A stretch of 63,014 nucleotides of DNA, counting the filler, from Reclinomonas americana ATCC 50394 (taxonomy: Eukaryota): assembly GCA_048213135.1 (NCBI GenBank). It is 5 parts of 2 records of this genome, joined end to end, with 100 filler letters (N's around TTAATTAATTAA, not from the genome) between each part and the next. Parts side by side here need not be neighbours in the genome. Positions count along the whole stretch, not along the records: positions 19,756 to 41,276 come from PS015209.1; 4 more parts are not named here. The stretch is one strand, 5' to 3'. Both the position numbers and the translations under genes were made by a program. Below the pieces are notes generated by a model. It was given only the letters and a program-made list of their open reading frames with translations, was not told the origin of the DNA and searched no databases. Positions 23,291 through 34,500 of this stretch are shown here, piece by piece (the first letter of the stretch is position 1; each line of letters starts with the position of its first letter).

Positions 23291-26200
23291 TCACGCTGGC
23301 ATGTGACGCAACGTGTCGCGCAAGGTCTGCGAGATCTCGGTGAAGCTCGGTCGCTCACGCGGCCGCTCGGCCCAGCAGTGGGTGATGAGCGAGCGCAGCG
23401 ACGCCGGTTCGCCCTGTTCGACGACGTGACGTGAGCGAGCAAGAAGGCGAAGTGTGACTGGGTATGTACGCACCGGAAACACTCGAGGTCGCTGCCGCTG
23501 TGTGGTAATCGCTCTGCGCACGGGATATATATCGAGTCAGTGATGTGCGGTATTGTGAGGGAGTCAACGAGGCTTCGTGATATGTGCGTGCGCAACAGAA
23601 TCATGGTAAACACTGGCATGCCACTGAACGGCGCCTCGCCCGTGAGCATCTCATTCTGCGCATATTTTGTGAGAATCATCGGCACACAGTGGTAACACAC
23701 GTGTGCGTGTACGACGCAACAAGAACAATGCCAAACGAGTACACGTCGCTGGCTTGCGAGTGATCGTCGTGACCACGCAGCACTTCAGGGCCAGTGTGCT
23801 GTGTGGAACGGGGAGTGAGTTGACAACTCATACGCAGATCTTATCTTGCGCCGTACCGAAATCGCTCGCATGCGTGACGCCGTCGCCGTCTTGATGTCGG
23901 GCCGTCGCACGCCAAAGTCCTGAGGGTGAAGAAGAACAAGTCACGTGCTGTGGCAGAACGACAATGCACAAATTTGACGCACAAACAGCCGGAGAGCAGG
24001 AACGTCGTGTGCATCGCGACAGGGCGTCGCCAGCAGCACATTCTCCAGATCCAGTCCACGATACAAGACGCCGCTGACCTCGTGCATGTAGGCCATCTGT
24101 ACGGCGCATTCCTTTTCAGTACCAAGCGATGTAAACGACTGCCTCCTCAAGTGCAAACCGTCGAAGCCAGCTGTAATGCGATTTGCACTTTTGTGCGCAG
24201 TGGTGGTCGCCGCTCACGCAGCCAGTCGGCCAGCACCGGACCCGTGGCCATCTCCATGATCATCCACACGCGATCCTGGTCGGTGTCGGTGTCCACGCCG
24301 AGCAGACGAATGACACCTGGCGCGGCAACCAGTTGGTCACAAAATCTTCGTACTCCGGGCAGGATGATGACGACAAACCAGGGTGCTGCGACTTGCCGAG
24401 CGCAGTGCACTCGATCAGCGCTGCCGAGCGCTTCTGCATGTCACCCTCGGGAATGATAAACTCCTTGACTGCAACGGGATAGCCAAACAGCTCGCCGCGA
24501 TGAATGACTCCCGATGTGCCGCGACCGAGCAGCGGCACACTCGGATCCATCTCCACCAGCGCCACCGGCACCTTGGTCCAACTGAACTCGACTTCCACCT
24601 CTTCTGCGCGCATGGCGGGGCCACGAGGAGATGCCGCCTCATCCGGCTGTTTTGGATGTTAGTCGCCACAGGCCTCATCCAAGTTCACCGACAGCTGCGC
24701 AAACCTTTTCTGTCGCATTCGACTCATTCCACTGCCGTCCGTCTTCCTCATCAACAGTCAGTGTGTTCCACTTGGCACGGTTCAGCAGATCCTTCAAGTG
24801 CTCCACGACGGCCGAGAACGAGGGACGTGTTCGTCGGTCGTGGTCCAGGCACAGACTGAGAAGGTGACGCACTTCCTTGGGTATGGACTGCGCGCGCAAG
24901 ATGAGAAGTATGCAAACAGAAGTGAGGACTGGCAAAGTGCGCCACTCCACCTCGGGAATCGTTGGTTTCAGGCCGAGAGCAGCGACTGTGCAAGTTAGGC
25001 GAGGGCTAGAATGAATCTCTCTTAAAAGACCAATCGTGTGCACAATGGCGCTCACCTCGATACATGATTGAGTATGGTTCACCGTCGAATGCTTGCTGCC
25101 CAGACAAGACCTCCAGCATCACCAAGCCGAATGAATCTGCACCTCAAGTGGTGAGGCCACAGCGGTGGGGAAATACAGAGCTCCCAACGGAACGCAACAA
25201 ACATCAGCCTCCGATCCGTGACCCGTGCATCTGTGAGACGCTGAATGAGAAGGATGCAAAGATCACACAAGCAGGGCGGTTTCAGCGCACTTGATGATCT
25301 CCGGTGCCATGTACTGCGGAAGACAGTAATGTGAGCCTCGCAAGTACAAGAAGAGTGATGCTAAGCAGGTGCTGCTTACCATCATTGTTCCCGGTGCGTG
25401 TTTGGTACGCATCGTCTGCGGTCGCCCACCAGAGGCCACCTATCGTATCGAGTGTCAGCAGCAGCAACGCCTCTCCACAATGCCTGTCAGCGACGCACTG
25501 ATTGCACTGCAGAGACGCCAAAGTCCATCACATACACATGCGGTGCACCGATATCGGCAGCAGCAATGGCTGTGCTCGCACCCAGTGGCGACGACAAGAC
25601 AGCCGTCGGATCGTCACACAGCACATTCAAAAGTTTCAGCTGTTGTGTTATCGTGAGTGTGCAGTCAACAAGCAGCAGAATAGAGATCGATACGCAACAT
25701 CGCGATGCACAATGTGCATGGAATGCAACTCTGTCATCTGTGTTTCATCTCGGTAAGTGAGAATGCTGACACGATGTCCTTTTGAAACTCTCGCGAGAGG
25801 TACGCAACTGCCGACGCCACCTGGAGGCAAATGTCGAGACGCACCACCAGTGGCACTGCGTCGCGATAGTATGTGGCGCGCTCGCGCAGCTGTGCACTCT
25901 GCGGCAGACCGGGTGTGACTGGCGCCGCTGCCGACCGTCGCCGAATCCAGTCACTGAGATTGCCGCCGACCACCAGCGGAGTGACAATCAAGCACTTGAT
26001 CTGCGGTTGCAATCAGCAAAGAGTGGAGAAGAGGGGGAAAAGACGTAGTGGCTTGCAGCCAACCTGCTTCTGTTGCACTTCCTTGTGGGCGCCGAGCAGC
26101 GGCAGGATGTTGGCATGTCCGCTCGCCTGTGCGTGCAACCTGTGGTGCGTGTCAAGACAAGCACAAGGGGAGAGAGAGAGAGGGCCAGATAGGAGTTCAT

Positions 26201-27890
26201 ACGCAACTGCAGTTCTTGATTGAGGACTTTGTTGTCGGCCAGTGGCACGAAGAGGGTTTTCACGGCCACTTGTCGTCCGTCCATTGTGGCGCGCCAGACC
26301 TGGGAGAAAGAGGGAAAGGGAGAGTGAGGAAAAGGGAAAGGGGAAGAAAGGGGAAGGGGGAGGGAAGGAAAGAGAGAAGGAGAGGGAGGGAGAAAATGAG
26401 TAAGGGAGAGTTTGCATCCTTCCTCCATGATTCCATCTCTGAACGAGGTGCTGCAACAAACGAGAGAGAGAGAGAAAGGATGCAGTGCCCAGTCGTCTCT
26501 GTGTGTTTCAGCATCATGAAAAGAGAGAGAGACTGCAATCTCTCTCAGACGAATGATGTAGTATGTGGAGGCGAAAGAAGGACATGCTAATACTTCATGA
26601 CTCCCTCTGTGCCTCTTCAAACGTGATGCTACACGAAACGAGACAGGAGAGAGTGGGATGGAGAAAGATATAGTGCAAAGGAGTGTCTCTGGTCTCAGTA
26701 GCTTGCAGCATCATGCTCAGAGAGAGAGAGAGAGTTATGGAGAAGGCAGCTACGGCAGGGCGCGTTTTTTGTCTCCACATGGAAGAGGAATGCAGTGGAA
26801 GACTCACTTTCTGTCTCTTCAGACGTGATGCTGCAGCAAAGGCAAGGCTTACACTCTGGACACTGCACTGCATCCTTGCTCCATGTCTCTCTCGCTCTTT
26901 CTCTTTCTCTATTCCAACGTGATACTGCGAGAAACCAGTCAAGGAGTGTCTCTAGCTCTTGCATGTGGCAGCATCATGTTGAGAGAGAGACAAGCTCTTC
27001 CACTGTCAACTTCGTTCTCCTTCTCTCTTTCACACTAGCTGTATCTCTCTCTCTCTCTCTCTCTCTCTCCATTCCAACTTGACGCTGCAAGAAACGAAGA
27101 CAGGAAAGCAGTGTCACTCTGGCCCTTGCATCTTGCAACATCATGCACAGCGAGACACACGAGTTCTTCCACTGCATTCTTCTCTTCTTCTCTCTTTCTC
27201 TATTCCAACGTGATGCTGCGAGAAACGACGGCAGGAAAGAGTGGATGCCGTGTTGAGGGAAAGAACGAGGGACGCCCTGCTTTCTTCTTCCTTATTCTCT
27301 TTCTCTCTCTCTCTCTGTCCAAACGCGATACTGCGACAAACTGAGACAAGAAGCAACAGCAACCTTCCCCTTCGCCTTCCCCTTCGCCTTCCCCTTCGCC
27401 TTCCCATCCTTCCCCTCCTTCCCTTTTCCTCTCACTCAACTTCCCCAAATCCACCCTTGGCAATCGACGACTTCATGCTCAACTGCGCCGGATCCACATC
27501 CGCCACTCCCTCCGGCAACGACGTCGGCGACGACGACGAAGACGACGGACCAGCAGCCGCCGATCTCGCCGACTTGCTTCCACCAGCACCACGTGCACCA
27601 GTTTCAATCTCCACTGCACCAGCACCCGCAGTCACAATCTCCACTGCACGCACACACGCACAGTTGCATTCAGAGAGACAGGGAAGAGCAGATCGCGTCA
27701 ACCGTCAACACACTCTTTCTGCATCTCACCTTCTCTGTCTCTGTCCTTGCCTCTCGCTTTCACTCTACATTGCCTCCATCTCTCCTTTGCTCGCTCCTTT
27801 GCTCTCACTCTCCCTCCTTCTCACTCACTTACACTCACCACGCGGAGTTGGTGCCGAACGCGCACTGGACAGCGCACCCTCGTTGGCGCC
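23291..27890 (-). CDS. Tandem TKL kinase plus C-terminal pseudokinase
   Basis: Domain 1: IAKGGFGEVW, VAVK, HANILPLLG, HRDLKLLN, DFG, GTMMYMAPE, DVYSFG, RPSF. Domain 2: LGRGTSGVI, VAVKE, HPGVIRLLG, YRGLDLEN (no catalytic Asp), DFG, HTGPE, DVYSFG, CWAERPRERPSF. Start codon uncertain. Confidence 0.85.
26400..27350. repeat. Intronic degenerate repeat array
   Basis: Recurring ACGTGATGCTGC...GAAACG...GAGTGTCTC...GCAGCATCATG units inside the ~1.1 kb intron between GGFGE and VWRA. Confidence 0.75.
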
Positions 27891-28264
27891 CCTGCACACA
27901 CACGCACAAGTAAATAACATGCACACATGCGAGGAAAGAGAGAGAGAGGGCATCAATCACCGCTTGCTGGCACCTCCGCCCATATCTCTCTCTCACACTT
28001 TGCAAGAAAACGGTCACGCACACACAGAAAAGTGCGGGAGAGTAAAATCGAACACCGAACACCGCACTTCTCGCGTTGCTCTTTGTGGTGCGTGACACCA
28101 CACTGCTCACACTCTGCTCACCCTCTCAACTCTCCCTCTCTCGCTATCTCCTCTCTCACTGCTGCACACATGTTTGTGTTTTCGGACGCAATGGCCGTGT
28201 TTTCCACTCACACACTCCCTCTCTCACTCTCACAGTGCCCAGCACCTCTTACCCTCCATCCAAC

Positions 28265-28416
28265 ATGAGCGACACCATCACTGTGATTATCATCGAAGGC
28301 TGGTCGTACCGCCAGGAGGCCTCCTCTCCCGATAACACCATGACTGGAGCACCGACTTCCTCCTCCACTCTGCAGACGCCCTCCACGGGCTTTGGTGGAC
28401 TCAGTGCGCTCACTGG
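28265..28416 (+). CDS. First exon of a hypothetical gene
   Basis: ATG at 28265 (MSDTITVIIIEGWSY...) ending at G|GTGAGT. It probably continues in ~30030-30420 once that contig is reoriented. Confidence 0.4.
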
Positions 28417-29259
28417 TGAGTGAGAGAGAGAGAGAGAAGAGAGAAGAAGAGGAGANNNNNNNNNNNNNNNNNNNNNNNNNNNNNNNNNNNNNNNNNNNNN
28501 NNNNNNNNNNNNNNNNNNNNNNNNNNNNNNNNNNNNNNNNNNNNNNNNNNNNNNNNNNNNNNNNNNNNNNNNNNNNNNNNNNNNNNNNNNNNNNNNNNNN
28601 NNNNNNNNNNNNNNNNNNNNNNNNNNNNNNNNNNNNNNNNNNNNNNNNNNNNNNNNNNNNNNNNNNNNNNNNNNNNNNNNNNNNNNNNNNNNNNNNNNNN
28701 NNNNNNNNNNNNNNNNNNNNNNNNNNNNNNNNNNNNNNNNNNNNNNNNNNNNNNNNNNNNNNNNNNNNNNNNNNNNNNNNNNNNNNNNNNNNNNNNNNNN
28801 NNNNNNNNNNNNNNNNNNNNNNNNNNNNNNNNNNNNNNNNNNNNNNNNNNNNNNNNNNNNNNNNNNNNNNNNNNNNNNNNNNNNNNNNNNNNNNNNNNNN
28901 NNNNNNNNNNNNNNNNNNNNNNNNNNNNNNNNNNNNNNNNNNNNNNNNNNNNNNNNNNNNNNNNNNNNNNNNNNNNNNNNNNNNNNNNNNNNNNNNNNNN
29001 NNNNNNNNNNNNNCTTTGCTCTCCCCCATGCTCTTCCCTCGTGCTCTCCCTCATCACTTCCCCCCTTGCTCTTCCTCGTCGCTCTCCTCCCCCTGCTCTC
29101 CTCCCCCTGCTCTTCCCCCATGCTCTTCCCCCGCGCTCGTCCCTTGCTCATCTTCCCCCTCCCTATCTCTTTCTCTCCCTCTCTCCTTCCCCTCATCCCC
29201 CTCCCTTCCCCCTTATTCCCCTTTCCCCTCATCCTTTCCCTTTCCCTCGTTTGCCGCAG

Positions 29260-29878
29260 AACTTCGAGTTCCTCGACAGCCGAGTGGCCGACCTGGCCAT
29301 CGACGTGCGCGTCGCCGTCATCACCGTGTCGCACTGCCCACACCTCATCCGCCTATCGATTGTGCCTCCACGTGTCGGCGTGCCGGACGCCCTGTGCTCT
29401 CTCCGCATTCTGCACTGCCCGCAGTTGCACCAGGTGCGTGCGTCTCGACTTGTCGTGTCGTGGTGTGCGTGACACTGACTTTGTGTGCTTAACAGATTGT
29501 GATTCAGGAACCAGTGGCGTGCCCGAGTTCACTGGTGCTCATGGAGTTGCCGTGCCTGGAAGACCTCAGTGTGGCCTCTTTCGCGTCGCCCACCAGTCCC
29601 ATATCTCTCACACCGCCCTCGCGTGCCATTCTGCCTCTCCGCACGCTCAACATACGAACCGGTGTGCCGCATGCGGATGTTGCGTGCCTTGCGGCAGAGA
29701 GTGTTTTTCATTGCCTTCTCATTTTTGCTCGATGCAGGCCATTATCCACGCGGTGGCGTCGCTCAGCTTTGCTCGCATCCAGCGTGTAGACGATCGCCAC
29801 ATCAATTCGGCGGTTGGCACGTCGTCGGCCAGCGTCGTGGTGGCAATGCCGCCAGACTCGAGACTTCGAACATCATGA
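29260..29878 (+). CDS. Cys-type LRR exons, probably the 3' end of the F-box/LRR gene on an inverted contig
   Basis: ITVSHCPHLIRLSI, LRILHCPQLHQ, LMELPCLEDL. The preceding intron repeat (CTCCCCCATGCTCTTCCC) matches that at 31413-31500 read on the minus strand. Confidence 0.6.
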
Positions 29879-31544
29879 TGTCGAATACAAAATCGACGAC
29901 TTGCAAAATCCGACAGTCTCATGACAGGCATCGACGTCCATGCAACAACAACCCCAACAAGCAACAGCAACAGCAGCAGCAGCAGCCTTGATGGTCTCCA
30001 AAGCATCCACAGACACGTGCACTTGCATGACCGATTAATATTTGCGCCATGAATTCGAAGTTCTGCACGTGCACCACACCAGCCAGCTCGACCGTCGCGT
30101 TTGCTTGGCTTTGCCGTGCTGCAAGAGAGGATGACTGTTTGGAGAGGATCGTGTATGTTCGTGCCGTGGTCATTGTCGGCAAGGGATTTGTGCATGTCAT
30201 GAACGAAGTGTCTTGTGTTTTTCTTCTCAGTGGCTCTGCGTTCTCCTCTGTGGCACCTACATCTGTGCGCGACCCGCTGGACTGTTCTAAATATGGACTA
30301 TCACGCCGTGCCCTTCGCCGCAGGCAGCGCACGTCACAGAAGAACATATCGTCCGTCGCGCCTGTCCTGTTTCGTACCAAATTATTCTCATCTGACGGGA
30401 GAGCGTAGACAACTCCCTCCTCCNNNNNNNNNNNNNNNNNNNNNNNNNNNNNNNNNNNNNNNNNNNNNNNNNNNNNNNNNNNNNNNNNNNNNNNNNNNNN
30501 NNNNNNNNNNNNNNNNNNNNNNNNNNNNNNNNNNNNNNNNNNNNNNNNNNNNNNNNNNNNNNNNNNNNNNNNNNNNNNNNNNNNNNNNNNNNNNNNNNNN
30601 NNNNNNNNNNNNNNNNNNNNNNNNNNNNNNNNNNNNNNNNNNNNNNNNNNNNNNNNNNNNNNNNNNNNNNNNNNNNNNNNNNNNNNNNNNNNNNNNNNNN
30701 NNNNNNNNNNNNNNNNNNNNNNNNNNNNNNNNNNNNNNNNNNNNNNNNNNNNNNNNNNNNNNNNNNNNNNNNNNNNNNNNNNNNNNNNNNNNNNNNNNNN
30801 NNNNNNNNNNNNNNNNNNNNNNNNNNNNNNNNNNNNNNNNNNNNNNNNNNNNNNNNNNNNNNNNNNNNNNNNNNNNNNNNNNNNNNNNNNNNNNNNNNNN
30901 NNNNNNNNNNNNNNNNNNNNNNNNNNNNNNNNNNNNNNNNNNNNNNNNNNNNNNNNNNNNNNNNNNNNNNNNNNNNNNNNNNNNNNNNNNNNNNNNNNNN
31001 NNNNNNNNNNNNNNNNNNNNNNNNNNNNNNNNNNNNNNNNNNNNNNNNNNNNNNNNNNNNNNNNNNNNNNNNNNNNNNNNNNNNNNNNNNNNNNNNNNNN
31101 NNNNNNNNNNNNNNNNNNNNNNNNNNNNNNNNNNNNNNNNNNNNNNNNNNNNNNNNNNNNNNNNNNNNNNNNNNNNNNNNNNNNNNNNNNNNNNNNNNNN
31201 NNNNNNNNNNNNNNNNNNNNNNNNNNNNNNNNNNNNNNNNNNNNNNNNNNNNNNNNNNNNNNNNNNNNNNNNNNNNNNNNNNNNNNNNNNNNNNNNNNNN
31301 NNNNNNNNNNNNNNNNNNNNNNNNNNNNNNNNNNNNNNNNNNNNNNNNNNNNNNNNNNNNNNNNNNNNNNNNNNNNNNNNNNNNNNNNNNNNNNNNNNNN
31401 NNNNNNNNNNNNNGGGGGGAGAGCATGGGGGGAGAGCATGGGGGAGAGCAAAGGGGGAAGAGCATGGGGGAAGAGCATGGGGGAAGAGCATGGGGGAAGA
31501 ACAAGGTACAAATGAGAAGTAAGAGAAGCAGAAAGAGAAAGGCG

Positions 31545-34500
31545 AACAGTGCAGAGGAGGCAAGTATTGTGAAGCGTGAAGAGCACATCTCTGTTGCTCT
31601 GAGTTGGCAAATGACAAGTGATTCTTGTCCACTTCGAAGCAGCAAGATTGGAGAGGTGGCCTATGACACGACAACAGAGACACACACCTCGAGATTGGGT
31701 GTGTCGGTAAAAATACGTGACAGCAAGTGCTCGGTGATGCCGTCGCATTTGCGCAGTTGCAACTTTCGCAAACTCGGTGCCGTGATGAGCAGGGCGCGGA
31801 GGAGAGGGCAGTCGGCCACCACCAGGACTCTGAAGAAGGGGGAAGGTGTCAGAGGGGAAGGGTGATCTAAGAGAGAAAAGATGGGGGAGGTAGAGAGAGC
31901 ATGGAACATTGAGAGAGAAAGTGCAACGATGCTTTTTCCATTTCTTCTTGTTTTCGAAGAAGAGCGATACAGAGCTGAGGTGTGATAGAGACAGATTTCG
32001 AGAGAGAGAACTGAGAGAGAGAGGAAGAGAAAAAAGGGGGAGAGAAGAGAAGTAACAGAGACAGACGGCGTGCGAGAGAAGCGGAAGACACAAGCTCACT
32101 AGTTGTTGTTCTTGCTGTTGTGCTGGCGAGAGAGAGAGAGATAAAAAAGAGATAGAGAGCGAAACACCTCTTTATACTTCTTGTAGAGAGAGAAAGAGAG
32201 CACATGGCGCACTATGTCCTCCTCAGTATGTATTTGTTCTACGATCTCTCTCCCTCCCTCTCCATCTCCCTCTCTTCCTTCCTCCCTCCCTTCCCTTCCT
32301 ACTCCCTCCCTCCCCTTCTCTCGCAACTGCAATGACCGCGAGTGCACAGTGAGATGCGAGATGCCGGCACACTCGGAGAGCGCCAACGCTCCCAACCCGA
32401 CAGCGGAGCGCAGCAGCGCCTCGAGTGATGTGTCGCCAAGACTCTGACATCGATCGAAGACGGCCTCCTGCGATGAAGAGAGTCAATCCTCTGTCCACCG
32501 TGCACTTCCCTTGACACTTCATACCGCCAGCACAGGCACGGCATCCAACACGGACACCGTGCCGAGAGCCGAGCAATCGCGACAGATCAATTGCTCCAGA
32601 AACGGCGTGTCGAGCACCAGGGACCGCTGTGCACACATCGTTGGTAACCCTTCACACAGAAATTGCACTTGCTGCACGCACCACAGAATGACAGCCAATC
32701 CACGACAAGCGTGACAGCGTGCTGCTGCGTACCATGGCTGCCGATGCAGCCAGGGCACAGTCGGTGACCTCCAACTCGCGCAACGCACTGCAGCACTCTG
32801 GCATGGCCTGCGACAACATGCGCAGTGAACATTCCCTTGCTCAGCGTGAAGTAAAACATGAGTGAAGGACACACACACGCACCAACAGTGGTCTCTCCAG
32901 TGTCAACAGCGGGCATCCCTCCACAATGATCTTTTTCGTTTGCGGCACTCGCAGCCACACCGAGTGCAGCACTGGACAGTTGCGAATTTGCAAGCCCTGC
33001 AGCCTGCACAACGTGTGGGTACAAAGGCTCTCCCCCCCGCAGCAACTCATGCACATAAAACGCGCAACTGTGCACTGGTGCACGTCAGCATCTCCAATCC
33101 CTCGCAGCCGTCGAGAATGAGCGCACGCAAGGTGTGCATCCAGTCCTGCAACACGGCCTCCAAACCGGCGCTGTCTATCGAGCAACGCGATCCAAACTTG
33201 CACATCTCCACCGAGGCGAACCGCTTGGAGAACGCCGAGGCGTTGATGCCAAAGTTCTTGCCGCCGACAAACACGCGGCGCACGGAACGACATGATCCCT
33301 ATCGACACACACACGTCAGCGCCTCTCGCAACTCACACACGTTCGCACACATACGCACCACGGAGCGTGACCAATCGAGGTGCCGACAATTGAGCGTGTT
33401 GAGACTCTCCAGCACCGACGTGTCGAGAGTCAGTGACATTAGCTCGGAGCACGTATTGACGTCCAACTCGCACAGCACAGTGCTGCGCACTTCCAGTGAC
33501 TCGAGTGCCGGCGCGGTGGTGTTGGGCAACTGGAACAGCTGCAGCGACTGCAGTTGCGGGCACACGAGAAACAGGCTGGTCAACTTTGGGCACATGTCCA
33601 CGTTGACCGATTGCAGCAGCACATCGTGCACGTCCAGCGAGATGAGGTCCTGCGTGCCGCAGTCGTGTGAACGCCAACCAAAGCACGAGCATTGGTAAAA
33701 TATCGCACACCACTCACCGCACACGACAGTACCTCCAGCGACGAGGCAATGGTCGAGCGCAGGATCATGCGCCGAATCCCCGACGCACCGTGAATCACAA
33801 CGGCACGCGCCGAGCGCGCCAGCGGATTCAGGTCGCATTTTTCGGCAAACCTGCGAGGCGGAAGGGGGAGGTGGGAAAGGGGGAAGGGGAAGGGGGAAGG
33901 GGAGGGAAGGGGAAGGGGGAAANNNNNNNNNNNNNNNNNNNNNNNNNNNNNNNNNNNNNNNNNNNNNNNNNNNNNNNNNNNNNNNNNNNNNNNNNNNNNN
34001 NNNNNNNNNNNNNNNNNNNNNNNNNNNNNNNNNNNNNNNNNNNNNNNNNNNNNNNNNNNNNNNNNNNNNNNNNNNNNNNNNNNNNNNNNNNNNNNNNNNN
34101 NNNNNNNNNNNNNNNNNNNNNNNNNNNNNNNNNNNNNNNNNNNNNNNNNNNNNNNNNNNNNNNNNNNNNNNNNNNNNNNNNNNNNNNNNNNNNNNNNNNN
34201 NNNNNNNNNNNNNNNNNNNNNNNNNNNNNNNNNNNNNNNNNNNNNNNNNNNNNNNNNNNNNNNNNNNNNNNNNNNNNNNNNNNNNNNNNNNNNNNNNNNN
34301 NNNNNNNNNNNNNNNNNNNNNNNNNNNNNNNNNNNNNNNNNNNNNNNNNNNNNNNNNNNNNNNNNNNNNNNNNNNNNNNNNNNNNNNNNNNNNNNNNNNN
34401 NNNNNNNNNNNNNNNNNNNNNNNNNNNNNNNNNNNNNNNNNNNNNNNNNNNNNNNNNNNNNNNNNNNNNNNNNNNNNNNNNNNNNNNNNNNNNNNNNNNN

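Noticed and set aside
29955-29990. Poly-Cys or poly-Gln coding tract
   Set aside because: Short CAG/CAA microsatellite with no established reading frame.
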